DNA of 64,000 nucleotides. It comes from Eledone cirrhosa. Lineage: Eukaryota. The stretch's first letter is position 1; each line of letters begins with the position of its first letter. The stretch is from the NCBI GenBank assembly GCA_964016885.1, contig OZ024740.1, forward strand, positions 322,772,001 through 322,836,000, written 5' to 3'. The notes beneath the pieces are model-generated. The model made no database searches. It was not told the origin of the DNA and saw only the letters and a list, made by a program, of their open reading frames with translations. Made by a program: the position numbers and the translations under genes. Shown here in pieces: positions 39,565-51,795 of this stretch.

Positions 39565-40395
39565 TGTGGGTGTTGTATGGCCAAATGGTTAAGAAGTGAC
39601 GCTCGCTTCGTAGCCCCGTGTTGAATCCTACCACGCCGCCTCTTGATCAAGATTCATTTACCACGGTGGACACAAGATTTGAGTGAAATTAGGTAGAAGG
39701 GAACCATTTGGAAAACCCATCGGATAGACTGCACCTGTAATCTAAAGCAGACATGTCAAACATACAGCCCTTTACAAGCACACCTGCGGCCCGCACAAAG
39801 GATTTTACAGCGCGAGCGTAATATAAGTTTTAAAAAATATTAGTTGTAATGTGCGCAATTAGTTGTCATGTGTGGCCCTCAGACAACACATATGTGACCT
39901 ATGTGGCCCTAGGGCCACATAGGTCACATGCCTGATCTAACGGGCCAGTTTTTCCACACACAGTGCTAAGCTGAATCTATGTGAGTACTACATTAAGTGT
40001 ACACGTGTCTGTGGAATACTCAGCCGCATACACTATAATACGAGGTCAACTATATCTATTATTGGAAGTGTAAGCCATGCCACTCATTGTTTTACGTTGA
40101 ATCTCCCTGAGAATTAGTTAAAGGATTAACGTATCTGTGGAATATTCAGTTACGTACACTTTAACACAAGATGAACTGTGGAATACTCAGCCACATACAA
40201 TATAATCCAAGATGGACTCTACCTATAATTCAAAAGGCCATGCCATACACAGTATCACACTGAATCTCCCTGAGATTTATGTTAATGGTACTCATATCTG
40301 TGGAATGCTCAGACACTTGCACATTAATTTCATGACCAGGTTGTTCCATTGATCGAACGACTGGGACAATCCTAGTCGAGGCCGACGGAGGTCCA
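39565..40395 (+). mobile_element. Old tRNA-derived SINE-like repeat with an internally multiplied module
   Basis: Has A-box-like tggccaaatggttaag and B-box-like gttgaatcc. The module gaatctccctgaga...ctgtggaatactcag is repeated 3-4 times, with related pieces near 47120, 51900 and 52440-52800. Confidence 0.55.
39748..39934. mobile_element. hAT-type MITE
   Basis: Ends CAGACATGT...ACATGCCTG, 8-bp TSD atctaaag/atctaacg, and subterminal ggccc motifs. Confidence 0.7.
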
Positions 40396-40708
40396 TTCCA
40401 CTATTGTCTTCACGTTTGTAATTAGCGAGAAGACAACCGTAGATGCAAACCAGATACCAGATCTCTGTCGTGAGCTTGAGCAAGTGACCTCATTCTATTA
40501 TTGTGGCTCACTCATCAACAGGAACATCTCATCTCCTCAAGGGGATACAATCTCGAATTGTAAAGGTTGCGGTCGACTTTTAACCGGCTGAGTTGTCGCG
40601 CTTGGTGAAACTTGTACTCCACTGAGCGAACAAAGGTTAACATTAATAAGTAAATTCGGGCCTTTAGCTCCCGATGGTATCGTAGATGCAGCGTGCTGAC
40701 ACCCAGTA

Positions 40709-40909
40709 CAAAGGTCGACTGAAATGTTCATAGGCTGACGAAGATACTTTCATATAATGACCAAATGAGGTTTATTTTTCAACATAGTACCTGGAAAGAA
40801 ACAATGCAGTCATTAATAAGAAGAAAGAGGTAAATTAATGCAGGCTAGATTTGAGAGCTCTAGAATCACTCCTTCATAGTCAGCCTAAGAACATTTCAGC
40901 CGACCCTCG
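40709..40909. mobile_element. Mariner-like MITE with TA TSD
   Basis: TA|caaaggtcgactgaaatgttcataggctgac ... gtcagcctaagaacatttcagccgaccctcg|TA. A left-end fragment also occurs at 48204-48260. Confidence 0.75.
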
Positions 40910-41019
40910 TATGTTGTGGGCATTTAAAACCAGTCGGAGTTCATCCCTCGTCATATTTGAACACAGCTGATTTTATCCGAAGTAAGAAAAAAGAATTGAT
41001 ACTTGTATTAGGCTTGAAC

Positions 41020-41150
41020 TTTATTTATCGACCTCGAAACGATGAAAGGTAAAGTCGACATGGGCGGTATTTGAACACAGAGCGCAGTGAGTTGAAACAT
41101 ATACCGAAGAATTTTTAATCCGCAGCCATAACGTCTCTGATAATTCGTCG
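41020..41150 (-). mobile_element. Older CORE-type SINE
   Basis: tttatcgacctcgaaacgatgaaaggtaaagtcgac...atttgaac. Confidence 0.7.
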
Positions 41151-41466
41151 ACTAAAACTACTCCCATTGAAATAAAAAATATTATCCCAACACGAAACAC
41201 ACAATATTGAAATGTGAGTCTCTTAAACACAATATATATTTATCACGTCCACCTCATCAATATTCAAAATGATATAATCCGGCTTGATAAATTATTTATA
41301 AGATTTTCTCATTTTTCAGTTTATCGTTGACAGATTTGACATAAAACTGACAAAATATGGCGTAGAGGGTTATGATTTTAATTTTAATTAGTTGTTTCCA
41401 ATGAAACTTATTATTAAACTATTGAATACATGTGCATCTTTTTATGTCTGTGTGTGTGTGTATGTA

Positions 41467-41541
<75 letters not shown>

Positions 41542-41547
41542 TCTCCA

Positions 41548-41594
<47 letters not shown>

Positions 41595-41629
41595 TAGAAA
41601 AACAACACTGGAGAACAGTACAACACAAA

Positions 41630-41750
41630 GTTGGTATATTAGTTTAACACTTAATACAGTTGGAAAAGAACGTTAACATTTTGGACCCTAGTCCCTCATC
41701 GGACGATAGAAAAAAGAGAAGTGAGGATGTTTAGTAGAGACAGGGGAAAG
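41630..41750 (-). ncRNA. Degenerate minimal hammerhead in Penelope-like repeat family 2
   Basis: Minus strand reads CCGATGA-G-GGAC tagg GTCC-AAAATGTT, with the GAAAC core mutated. Confidence 0.45.
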
Positions 41751-41785
41751 AACATATTCAGATTAGAGATACGTCAATAACATAC

Positions 41786-41814
<29 letters not shown>

Positions 41815-41818
<4 letters not shown>

Positions 41819-42317
41819 TATGTATACGTACATAAATATATGTGTACAGACGTACTAAGAGTGAGAAATGAAATTTCGTTTCATTCTTTTCCATTTATCG
41901 GTTTCGGTATGCCCGGCCGACTAACTCACTCGATATGCAAATTAGGCTGCTCAGCCGTTAATATTCATAAGGAAAGTATATACTTTCAAACGTTCAATCA
42001 TCTGACAGAAAGGTATACGATACTGACGATAGCTAATAAGCTTGAAACTAGTACATCGTTCCTTTGTCAGTGTTGAACAGAAGGGCGACGATGGTTGCCG
42101 AGCACTGTACGGCGTAATTCGGGCTGTTTGTTTTCAAACAAACCGAACATTATAATAAATGTTCGGTAAACCCATACGTTCATATATATATATGTGCATG
42201 TATGTATATATATACATACATACTACTGTACGTCTGTACACATATATGTATGTACGTATACATACTTATATTTAGGTATCAGCCGTACTAAGAGTGAGAA
42301 ATGAAATTTCGTTTCAT

Positions 42318-42321
<4 letters not shown>
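41815..42321 (+). mobile_element. Unclassified non-autonomous element (Helentron/HINE-like or PLE-like architecture)
   Basis: 38-bp direct repeat at 41851 and 42284, inverted repeat 41815-41854 versus 42228-42271, and hairpin ccgaacatt...aatgttcgg. A partial inverted copy lies at 48276-48547. Confidence 0.6.
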
Positions 42322-42359
<38 letters not shown>

Positions 42360-42362
42360 GTC

Positions 42363-42440
<78 letters not shown>

Positions 42441-42699
42441 TATATTTATATATATATATATATATAACGAAGGAGGTGAGGTAAAAAACAGGTGGACCAT
42501 AACGCACCAGAGTACTCAATACTTAGGGTAGTAGAGTGGGTAATAGGAAAATGTTTGACCCCGACGGCAGAGCTCAAGCCGTTTCGACGGCTATTTCATA
42601 TATATACATATATGTGTGCGTGTACGTATGTGAGTGTGCGTATGTGTGTGTGTATATCTTCTGTTCCTTGCACCCCACATTCCGACTACTTTCCCCCCC

Positions 42700-43300
42700 C
42701 TTACATACCATACCTGCATCTTGTCTCTCCAGAGGATAATCCTCCGTCTCTATTGTAGACTCGGATATCTCCACCTCCCCATCTTTCCCCACTACGTCTC
42801 CCTTCCTTTAAGAGTGTACAAAACCTTAGGAAACTCCTCTTCCGATGTTCCTTTCCCCTACCTCATTCATCTCTTGGATCCCACCGCAGCTTCCGATCCC
42901 ACTACCCTACATACCGTTTCATCAGCAACACTGCCACCCTCACTGGACCCAATTGCCGCTCCTTCCAAATTATGTACACCTTTTGCTGCCCCTTCACGAG
43001 GCCCGTCCACGGGCTCCGATACATGTTATGCGAGGACGGTTACATCTGCCAGGCTGGCCGTTGGCAGATTTGTTGAGCATCTTCAGGCCATCCAGATCAA
43101 CACCCAGTCCCCTGTCACCCGACATGTCTGCTCCACCGGCCATTCCACGCACACACCTCACTGTTTTCGGTCCCGTTCTCTGCATTGTACACCCGGACTC
43201 GCGCCTCCGGAGGTAACAGCCCTTAATCGTCCATCTCCGAACCTTTATTCCAATAGCTTTAATGCGCCGCCTCTCGTCTGCGCTTCTCTCGTCTGCTCTT
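42700..43300 (+). pseudogene. Penelope-like element remnant, GIY-YIG endonuclease region
   Basis: Across frameshifts it reads C..C...YI.Q.GR.LA.RF.EH...I..N..SPV.RH..S.GHS (43015-43150), with SFK...NLRKLL upstream. Confidence 0.65.
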
Positions 43301-43576
43301 CTCACTGGACTCCACACGCACCACACTCATCTCCAATCCACTTACACACCGATACATGCACAATCTCCTGCACCACATGGCCATTTTCACTAACACACAC
43401 ACTCACATACACCAATACATTCATTAGCACACGTTCAAACATTAGCACATATAACATATAAATACACATAGAGACGAAGCACAGACACACATAAATACAC
43501 GGGCAAAATACGCAACAGAACATATATAATATCACACACACCATCACAGGCAAACACCCTCATTTCAATATGTATG

Positions 43577-43636
<60 letters not shown>

Positions 43637-43661
43637 TATATATATACATACATATATTTAT

Positions 43662-43694
<33 letters not shown>

Positions 43695-43761
43695 CATACA
43701 CACACACACACACATATATATATATACATACACACACACACACACATATATATATATAAAT

Positions 43762-43940
43762 TTATCCCGGGTTCAATGGAGGGTAACCACAGTAAGTAAA
43801 GTGCTCAATACATAGCAGAGTATAAATATTTGATATATAAATGGCTTCTACAGGACTAGAACTGTTTCATTCGAGAGAAATGATCAGGAAGATGATTTCT
43901 CCCGAATGAAACAATTCTACTCCTGTAGAAGCCATTTCTA
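43762..43940. mobile_element. Penelope-like family 1 fragment with inverted duplication of the hammerhead segment
   Basis: Arms at 43839-43885 and 43891-43937. Confidence 0.7.
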
Positions 43941-44146
43941 CACACACACACACACACACACACTCACACACACACATATTTATACAGATACATATATACA
44001 CATATACATACACACACATACATAGTTACATAAGCACACACACACATATATATATGAATTAAAGATTAATTAGTCTATAATACTTAAACATCTCAATGAA
44101 TGGATAAAATATATAGATAAAATATCAATTAGAGAATCAATATAAC

Positions 44147-44308
44147 ATTAAATTTAAGTGAAAAAATCTCTGTTTATGGGAGTATAAGCCAGACAGACCC
44201 CAATAAATGTTGTCTATCTCACTTATATAAGTGAGATTGATTAAAATTTGTTTTGGTCTGTCTGGCTTATTACTCCCACAAATAGAGGTTTTTTCGCTTA
44301 AAATTAAT
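44147..44308. mobile_element. ~160-bp foldback element
   Basis: Imperfect palindrome centred on atctcacttatataagtgagat, with arms ataagccagacagacc/ggtctgtctggcttat. Confidence 0.75.
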
Positions 44309-44311
44309 ATG

Positions 44312-44380
<69 letters not shown>

Positions 44381-44539
44381 TATTGAAATTTCCGTTGGAA
44401 ACAGAAAAGGTCATAGAAATAAAGAGTGCTCTATGTAAGTATCAGAGCAAAATTTAATGTATAAAAATCAATACAATATAATTACCTCATTACCAGAGGT
44501 TTCCCGAATGAGGCGAATACGAAATAAACGACTTCATTC

Positions 44540-44633
<94 letters not shown>

Positions 44634-44786
44634 TATATAGTTATGTAATAAACAACATAAGATAATTATTTCATTTACCAGTGGTTTCTTGAAAGCAAAC
44701 AAAATTTGCTTTCAGTCATCAGAATGAAAAAATCCTGCTGTATTTATTGACAGTGGATTTTAAAAACCATTCATATATATATATAT

Positions 44787-45202
44787 GCATGATGTGGAAA
44801 ATGTTCCATCATCACTGCCCAAATGATGTTGGCATCGCCTTCAAGATACACCCAAGGCTTGGGCCCCGTGCTATCCGTCCCATTCAAAAATCTAAATCGC
44901 AACTCATAACAACAATACGGCACAATTATTTCACCTCAATCGGCCCTGCTCTCTTCAACATCACACCAGGACACGTCAAAACAGAAACTGACCACACAAA
45001 ATTCAAGAAGTCTTTGGACAAATTCCTCCAAGTAATCCCGGACAAACCACCCACACCCGGATATGTCTCCGCAAACAGTAATTCTCTTCTCGAATGGGCC
45101 ATGGTGCCCAAATCCTGAATTGAAAGACTTCGCCAGGTGGTGCTATTAAGTTAGACATGGCCTGGGCCAATACTGGCCAAAACATTTCAAAGTTATTCAA
45201 AG

Positions 45203-45205
<3 letters not shown>
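44787..45205 (+). mobile_element. 3' fragment of a CR1-group LINE in (TA)n
   Basis: GPALFN..P...FKKSLDKFL..IPD.P..PGY....SNSL, stop at 45118, 3' hairpin ggcca-atac-tggcc and short tandem tail ttcaaagtta. Confidence 0.75.
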
Positions 45206-45287
<82 letters not shown>

Positions 45288-45336
45288 CATATATATATAC
45301 ATATATATATACATATATATATGTATGTATATATAT

Positions 45337-45367
<31 letters not shown>

Positions 45368-45483
45368 CATACATAAATGTATGTATGCACACGTACAGAC
45401 ATACACATATATATATATACATATAGGCATACACACATATATATACATATACATATGTATGTATGCGGTATAATATACATATA

Positions 45484-45519
<36 letters not shown>

Positions 45520-45532
45520 AGTGTGTGTGTGT

Positions 45533-45740
45533 TAGTCCCGGGTTCAATCGGGGGTAACCACAGTAAATAAGGTACTCATACATTAGGAGTGTATACAACA
45601 AAATTTAATTTAGAAATGTCCTCTACAGGACTAGAACTGTTTCATTCGAAGGAAATCATCAGGAAAGCCCTTTCCTAATGATTTCCTTCGAATGAAACAG
45701 TTCTAGTTCAGTAGATGCCATTTCTATATTAAATTTCGTT
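45533..45740. mobile_element. Penelope-like family 1 fragment with back-to-back inverted hammerheads
   Basis: Arms at 45601-45667 and 45670-45736. The minus arm has intact CTGATGA...GAAACAG...CTGTA. Confidence 0.7.
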
Positions 45741-45964
45741 ATATATATATATATAAATATATATATATATTGCATTTGAATATTCCACGACTCTCTACCA
45801 CTTTTCCTCTACTACAATCTTCTTACACCATCTTCTTCCCACCCGTCTATTTTCCACTCCCACCCTAGTATCTTCAATACATGAATGGACCTGTTATTTT
45901 TATCTAAAGACATTTTTTCCAATTCCAACCCGCCCGTCCCTTCAATCTATCTTATTTCTCATTC

Positions 45965-46040
45965 TTTCTTTTGATGAAGGACTATCGTCCGAAACGTTAA
46001 GACCCTCTTCCTGCTATATCAAGCGTTAACCTAATATATC
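45965..46040 (+). ncRNA. Minimal hammerhead, Penelope-like family 2
   Basis: TCTT-TTGATGA-A-GGAC tatc GTCC-GAAAC-GTT^AAGA. Confidence 0.55.
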
Positions 46041-46569
46041 CTTTCCATATACTGTACCGATTGTGAAATGATGGAGATATTAAAAAATAGTTAAAAACAA
46101 AATTAAGTAATGAAAAAAAGGGGAAGAGTCAAAGAAGGGCAGATCTGGCTGTATAGGAAAGTAAAGGAAAGAACTATAAATGCCATAAACGAGAAGAAAG
46201 GGAAGGAAAGAGCAAGAACTATTAGGAAGGGTAGCAAGAAAGAGGGAAGGGGAGAGGGTGACATACTCTACGCCTAGGTCGGGTGGTATCTGCGCCCCGC
46301 GGACAAAACTGCTAAAGCATTTCTGCTGACAATGACCAGCCACACTTGCTGCAACAGGCACTCCACCTCGCAGGGTTCCTTTTTCTGACGGGCTGTTGAC
46401 GTTCCGATTTTAAGTAGAAGCTCGGCAGTATGGAGTCCGGGGACACTTGAGGTCTCGACGGTGACCGGTGCAAAGAGGAAGAGATCGGACAAGACCTGGT
46501 ATTTACTTAATTCAAAGGCCCAGTCTTGTCATATAATGTGTTGATTGAGGTCGAAAATTTCACCACTTT

Positions 46570-46644
<75 letters not shown>

Positions 46645-46646
<2 letters not shown>

Positions 46647-47093
46647 GTTTTCCGATTTAGGCACAACGCCAACAGTTTTTTGGAGGAGGGGGATGACGAT
46701 TAAATCGATCCTAGCGCATTACTGGTACTTTATTTTATCGACCTCGTAAGAATGAAAGGCAAAGCTAACCTCAGCGGGATTTGAACTCAAAATGTAAAGA
46801 GAAGCAACTCTATGCCTGTTGTCTGACGCTCTACTGACACTGCAAATTCACCGCCCTACTATATATATATATATATATATATTGGTTTCTGCTTTAGGTA
46901 CAAGGCCAACAATTTTTTGGGGCTGGCAAAGTTGATTAAATCGACTCCATTGCATTAGCTTATTTTATCGACTTCAAAAGGATGAAAGGCAAAGCTAACC
47001 TCGGCGGGATTTGAACTCAGAAGGTAAAGGGTGGCAACTCAATGCCGCAAAGCATGTTTCCGACGCTCTATCGAAACTGCCAATCCACCTCCC
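46645..47093 (-). mobile_element. Two head-to-tail CORE-type SINE copies
   Basis: Units at ~46645-46856 and 46883-47093. Confidence 0.85.
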
Positions 47094-47474
47094 TACTATA
47101 TATTACAATGAGAGATTCTACATGTAATTCAAAGGCCCAGTCTTGTCATATATTGTGTCACGTTGATTCAGCTTAGGAATTACGTTAAGAGTTCGAGTAT
47201 CACTGGTATACTCAACAACTTATAGTTTAATCTTACTAGCTGGAGGCTCAGTTAGTCGAATAACTGAATGCTCATAGTCGAAACCGGCGGAGGAACCATT
47301 ATCTTCCGTCTTACTGTACAACAACAACATTTTCAAATTTTCGATCACATGATATAAATTTAAACCCAGCCCGAAATAATTTGAAAATACTTCTCGATTA
47401 ATATTTCCGGATATAGTCTTTGGGAATTTACTTATTATTTATTTATTTATTTATTTATTTATCTATTTATTCAT

Positions 47475-47509
<35 letters not shown>

Positions 47510-47631
47510 TCCATGTCATTTGTATTGATCGGAAGACTTAAGAAACGACACAAACACGACACAAACCAATTGTTTACATCTGAAGAAAGATTTTATCTCT
47601 TTGTAATTTCCATTTTCTCATAACGTAATCC

Positions 47632-47674
<43 letters not shown>

Positions 47675-48275
47675 TGATGATGATGATGATGATGATAATG
47701 ATAACATAAAACAACAACAATAACAATAATAACGTTAATAATAATATAAGTATTTCTTACTGTTAAATGGATATAAAAAATGTGTTTTTAACAACACTAT
47801 CGTTTTACTTGTGTCATTAGACAAGCTTGATGTTAGAACTCCTACTGAGAACATAGTGACATTATATAAAATCACTCCAATGGACATTGTAAAGTCTTTT
47901 GAAGATAGATCTACTTCCATGATATTAACCAGTTTATCTTTGAAATAATTCTGTTTAATGACTAACGACTGTTTACTACAAATATAAACAAACATTACAG
48001 TCTCATTTGCTTTGATTTATTGCTACGTACGACGTGATTGTGGTCGGATTGTATCATTTACTGATACATTTAATGTTTGATATTGAGCAAATAATATCCA
48101 TGGATTCATATCTGATCTTCATCTTAAGGCGAATTGGCAGAGTCGTTTGAACATCGGATTAACCATTTTGATGCCACCACAATGAAAATCATCTCTGGTT
48201 CATACGAGGGTCGGCTAAAAGTTCATAGGCTGAAAATTCATAGTCTGACCATGATACTCTCATATATATATATAT

Positions 48276-48547
48276 GGAAAAAAATGAAACGAAATTTCAT
48301 TTCTCACTCTTAGTACGGCTGATACCTAAATATAAGTATGTATATGTACATACATATATGATATGTGTACAGACGCACAGTAGTATGTATATATGTACGT
48401 ATGGGTTTACCGAACATTTATTATAATGTTAGGTTTGTTTGTAAACAAACAGCCCGAATTATGCCGTACAGTGCTCGGCAACCATCGTCGCCCTTTTTGT
48501 TCAACACTGACACAGGAACGATGTATTAGTTTCAAGCTTATTAGCTT
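48276..48547 (-). mobile_element. Partial inverted copy of the 41815-42321 element
   Basis: Reverse complement of ~42030-42320. Confidence 0.8.
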
Positions 48548-48909
48548 ATATATATATATATCTGTTGAGCACTCTATTGACTTATATTCATCATGCAGAA
48601 ACAACATCTGAATATTTCTACAAAGAACATACCCGTACCAAGCAGGAAGACATACCTAAATCGTCTTCCTGTTTTCCTTTGACTGCAACGTTTGTCGAAA
48701 TATTTACTTCTGCGTTCACAGATTGATTTTTTTACTTTCAGAAGATCCCGTTAAGGGTGAAATCAGCGATTCTTTGCTTAAACTTTAATCTGTTATTTTA
48801 ATAAATATTTGCTCTAGGGTTCTTATATATTTGATATATATATTTACCCTTATCGAGCCCTCTTTGGATTTTAGTCTTCAAATTTATTACTATTACTATA
48901 TATATAACT

Positions 48910-49035
48910 AAATTTAATATAGAAATGGTTTCTACAGGACTAGAACCGTTTCATTCGTAAGAAATCATCACTCTACTTTTGTAATGAATACCTTATTTAC
49001 TTATTTACTCTGGTTACCCCCGATTTCCCTCGGGA
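48910..49035. mobile_element. Penelope-like family 1 fragment, two halves in opposite orientation
   Basis: The hammerhead half is as at 19925-19980, followed by the reverse complement of the cccggg...ggtaacc...gtaagtaa half. Confidence 0.65.
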
Positions 49036-49047
49036 TCTCTCCCTCTC

Positions 49048-49110
<63 letters not shown>

Positions 49111-49389
49111 GTATATAATTATACATGCATGTTTACATATTAAAATATCGTAATATTTAAAAGATTCAAAGATTAACAGGAATGATCATTCAGTATTAGA
49201 AAGAAGAGTGTTTAGAAAATGTATGTACACACAGATACACACACTCATACACCCCCCCCCCCCATATATATATATATAGATTGATGTGTATTTGTATGTG
49301 TGTATGTGTGTGTGTGTGAACGTGATGGGTGTGTCCGTTTCTAAATTTACGGTGTATATGCTTGCTTATATCCGTACCTTTGCTGATCG

Positions 49390-49520
49390 ACATAATATCG
49401 ATTTATAATATAAGTACCAAACTCGAAAACAAAAAGCAATTACTGGGATATGATCGACTAAATCACTTCAAGGTGATGCTCCAGCATGAGCGCAGTCTAA
49501 TGACAGAAACTACTAAAAAG
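49390..49520 (+). mobile_element. 3' part of another old SINE family
   Basis: atcgactaaatcacttcaaggtgatgctccagcatgagcgcagtctaatgacagaaac resembles the octopod SINE tail (from recall). Confidence 0.5.
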
Positions 49521-50290
49521 GTTTCAAAACTATATACTTACAATAATAAATAAAGTAAAAGGACGAAGGAAACACTCCAGAGCTATGAAGTATCAGATGG
49601 GTTTTACAACTGCAGAATATTAAAAGACTAAGTTAGACATTTCAGAATGAACTAACATATTATGCCAACCTCTGATTAATACATAATTAATCCTTCTAAT
49701 TAAAGCTATGACCCCCACACTGGTTCTATAATGTATTTACCCAAATTTTGATTGTTTTCTTGTATTTATATCGCAGCCATCGTTTTGCTAATTTATTGCC
49801 AAAATTTAATTCTTTACTCGACCTAATAAGCAATAAAATGTAATTACCTCGTTAAACGAACCATTTTCAACGCGCACACACATACACAGACAAACATATA
49901 CATACATATACATACATATACATACATATATATACATATAGACACGCTCATACAGGCAAGCACATACATGCATATATATATATATATATATACATATTTA
50001 TAATAATAATATATATATATACACACACATATGTATATATATATATATATATATACATATATATATGTGTATATATGTATATATATATATATATATGTGT
50101 ATATATATATATACGCATACATACATACACACATACACACATACACACACACACATATATATGTATATATATAGACACATATATATATGTATATATATAT
50201 ACATACATATATATATATACACACATATATATGCATACATATATATACACACATATATATTTGTATATATATACATATATAAATATATAT

Positions 50291-50323
<33 letters not shown>

Positions 50324-50353
50324 CATATATATACATTTTATATATATATATAT

Positions 50354-50393
<40 letters not shown>

Positions 50394-50426
50394 CGTGTTA
50401 GAGAGTGCGTGTGAGAGAGAGCGTGT

Positions 50427-50466
<40 letters not shown>

Positions 50467-50557
50467 ACACACACACACAATTTTCTCCTATAATTTTCAT
50501 TTCCGGTTCTGTCTGTTCTCACTCTCTATATTTCTATTTCCTATTTTTTCCGTATTC

Positions 50558-50630
50558 TATCTTCTGACGATCACTAACGGCCGAAACGTCACGACTCTTC
50601 CCTTACTATATCAAGCGTTAAACGAATATA
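50558..50630 (+). ncRNA. Degenerate minimal hammerhead, Penelope-like family 2
   Basis: CTGACGA...CC-GAAAC-GTC^. Downstream ctatatcaagcgttaa is shared with 46014-46030. Stem II is disrupted. Confidence 0.45.
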
Positions 50631-51327
50631 TATCTTCATATTACTCTATCGTTTTGCTGCGTTGTTTTTCAGGTTACTTTTTGCATACTTCGTAAAATTT
50701 AGTTGCCATTGGTGCCACGTAGTAGAATCGTAGTAATTCTCAGTTAGAACGAGAGTAACAGTTTATTTCAAGGTTGACAAATTAAATTACAACTACAATC
50801 TTACCAGAGAGTTTCCGCACAGTTGCTGTCTACACAGTTTCATTCACAACGCTTGGATCAACATAATGTTATGGTTAAGACATCTCAGTGAAATGTTACT
50901 CAGTAGGATAGATCCTAGGATCTCGTAGTTGTAAAGAGAAAGTTTTAAACATCCATCTATGCCTATGTCCAGTATAATCAGTAACCGAATCTTCGTTCAA
51001 TTTTATGAGATTTTTAACAGCAATTTTAGAAACTTAAAACCCTCCTGCCTTTACAAAAAAATAAAGATAAATTTAAACATGAAGTTTAAAATTTCTGCTT
51101 AACTGACATTTACAAGATGTCAAATAACTCTAAACATATTATTTCACAGAATGTTCTAGAAAACAGAATGAAAATGGCAAATTAATCAATTTCTTAAAAA
51201 CATTTGAAAAATTAAAAAAATAATAAAATATGAAAATTGTATTCAAGGTTTGAAACACAGCCACCACAGGGAATTCTATGTGGTTGCTCAAACTGCTAGA
51301 AATAGCAACCAAATCACTTTCAAATAA

Positions 51328-51795
51328 TTGTTTCTACTTTTGGCATAAGGCCAGCAATTATCCCAATGCATTACTGGTACTTTATTTTATCGACCCCGCA
51401 AGGATGAAAGGCAAAGTTAACCTCGGCGGGATTTGAACTCAGACCGTAAAAGGACGTAACTCTATGCTGGAAAGCATGGAGTTCGACCCTCTACCGATAC
51501 TGCCAATCCACCTCAAATAATTGTTTCTACTTTTGGTACGATAAAATAAAGTACCAGTAATGCACTGGGTAATTGCTGGCCTTGTGCCAAAAGTAGAAAC
51601 AATTATTTGAGGTGGATTGGCAGTATCGGTAGAGGGTCGGACTTCATGCTTTCCAGCAGAGAGTTACGTCCCTTTATCGTCTGAGTTCAAATCCCGCCGA
51701 GGTTAACTTTGCCTTTCATCCTTACGGGGTCGATAAAATAAAGTACCAGTAATGAATTGGGATAATTGCTGGCCTTATGCCAAAAGTAGAAACAA
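51328..51795. mobile_element. SINE inverted duplication forming a ~210-bp-arm palindrome
   Basis: 51328-51539 is the reverse complement of 51584-51795, with a 44-bp spacer. Confidence 0.9.

Noticed and set aside
42634-43461. 275-aa ORF as an intact gene
   Set aside because: It starts in a microsatellite, and only a short part is in frame with the decayed GIY-YIG domain.
46080-46495. Possible minus-strand L1/Tx1 C-terminal remnant
   Set aside because: Similarity is too weak and no 3' hairpin or AATAAA module was found.
51610-51700. tRNA gene
   Set aside because: Only A/B-box-like motifs of the SINE head are present. I could not form a cloverleaf, and it is fused to core and tail.
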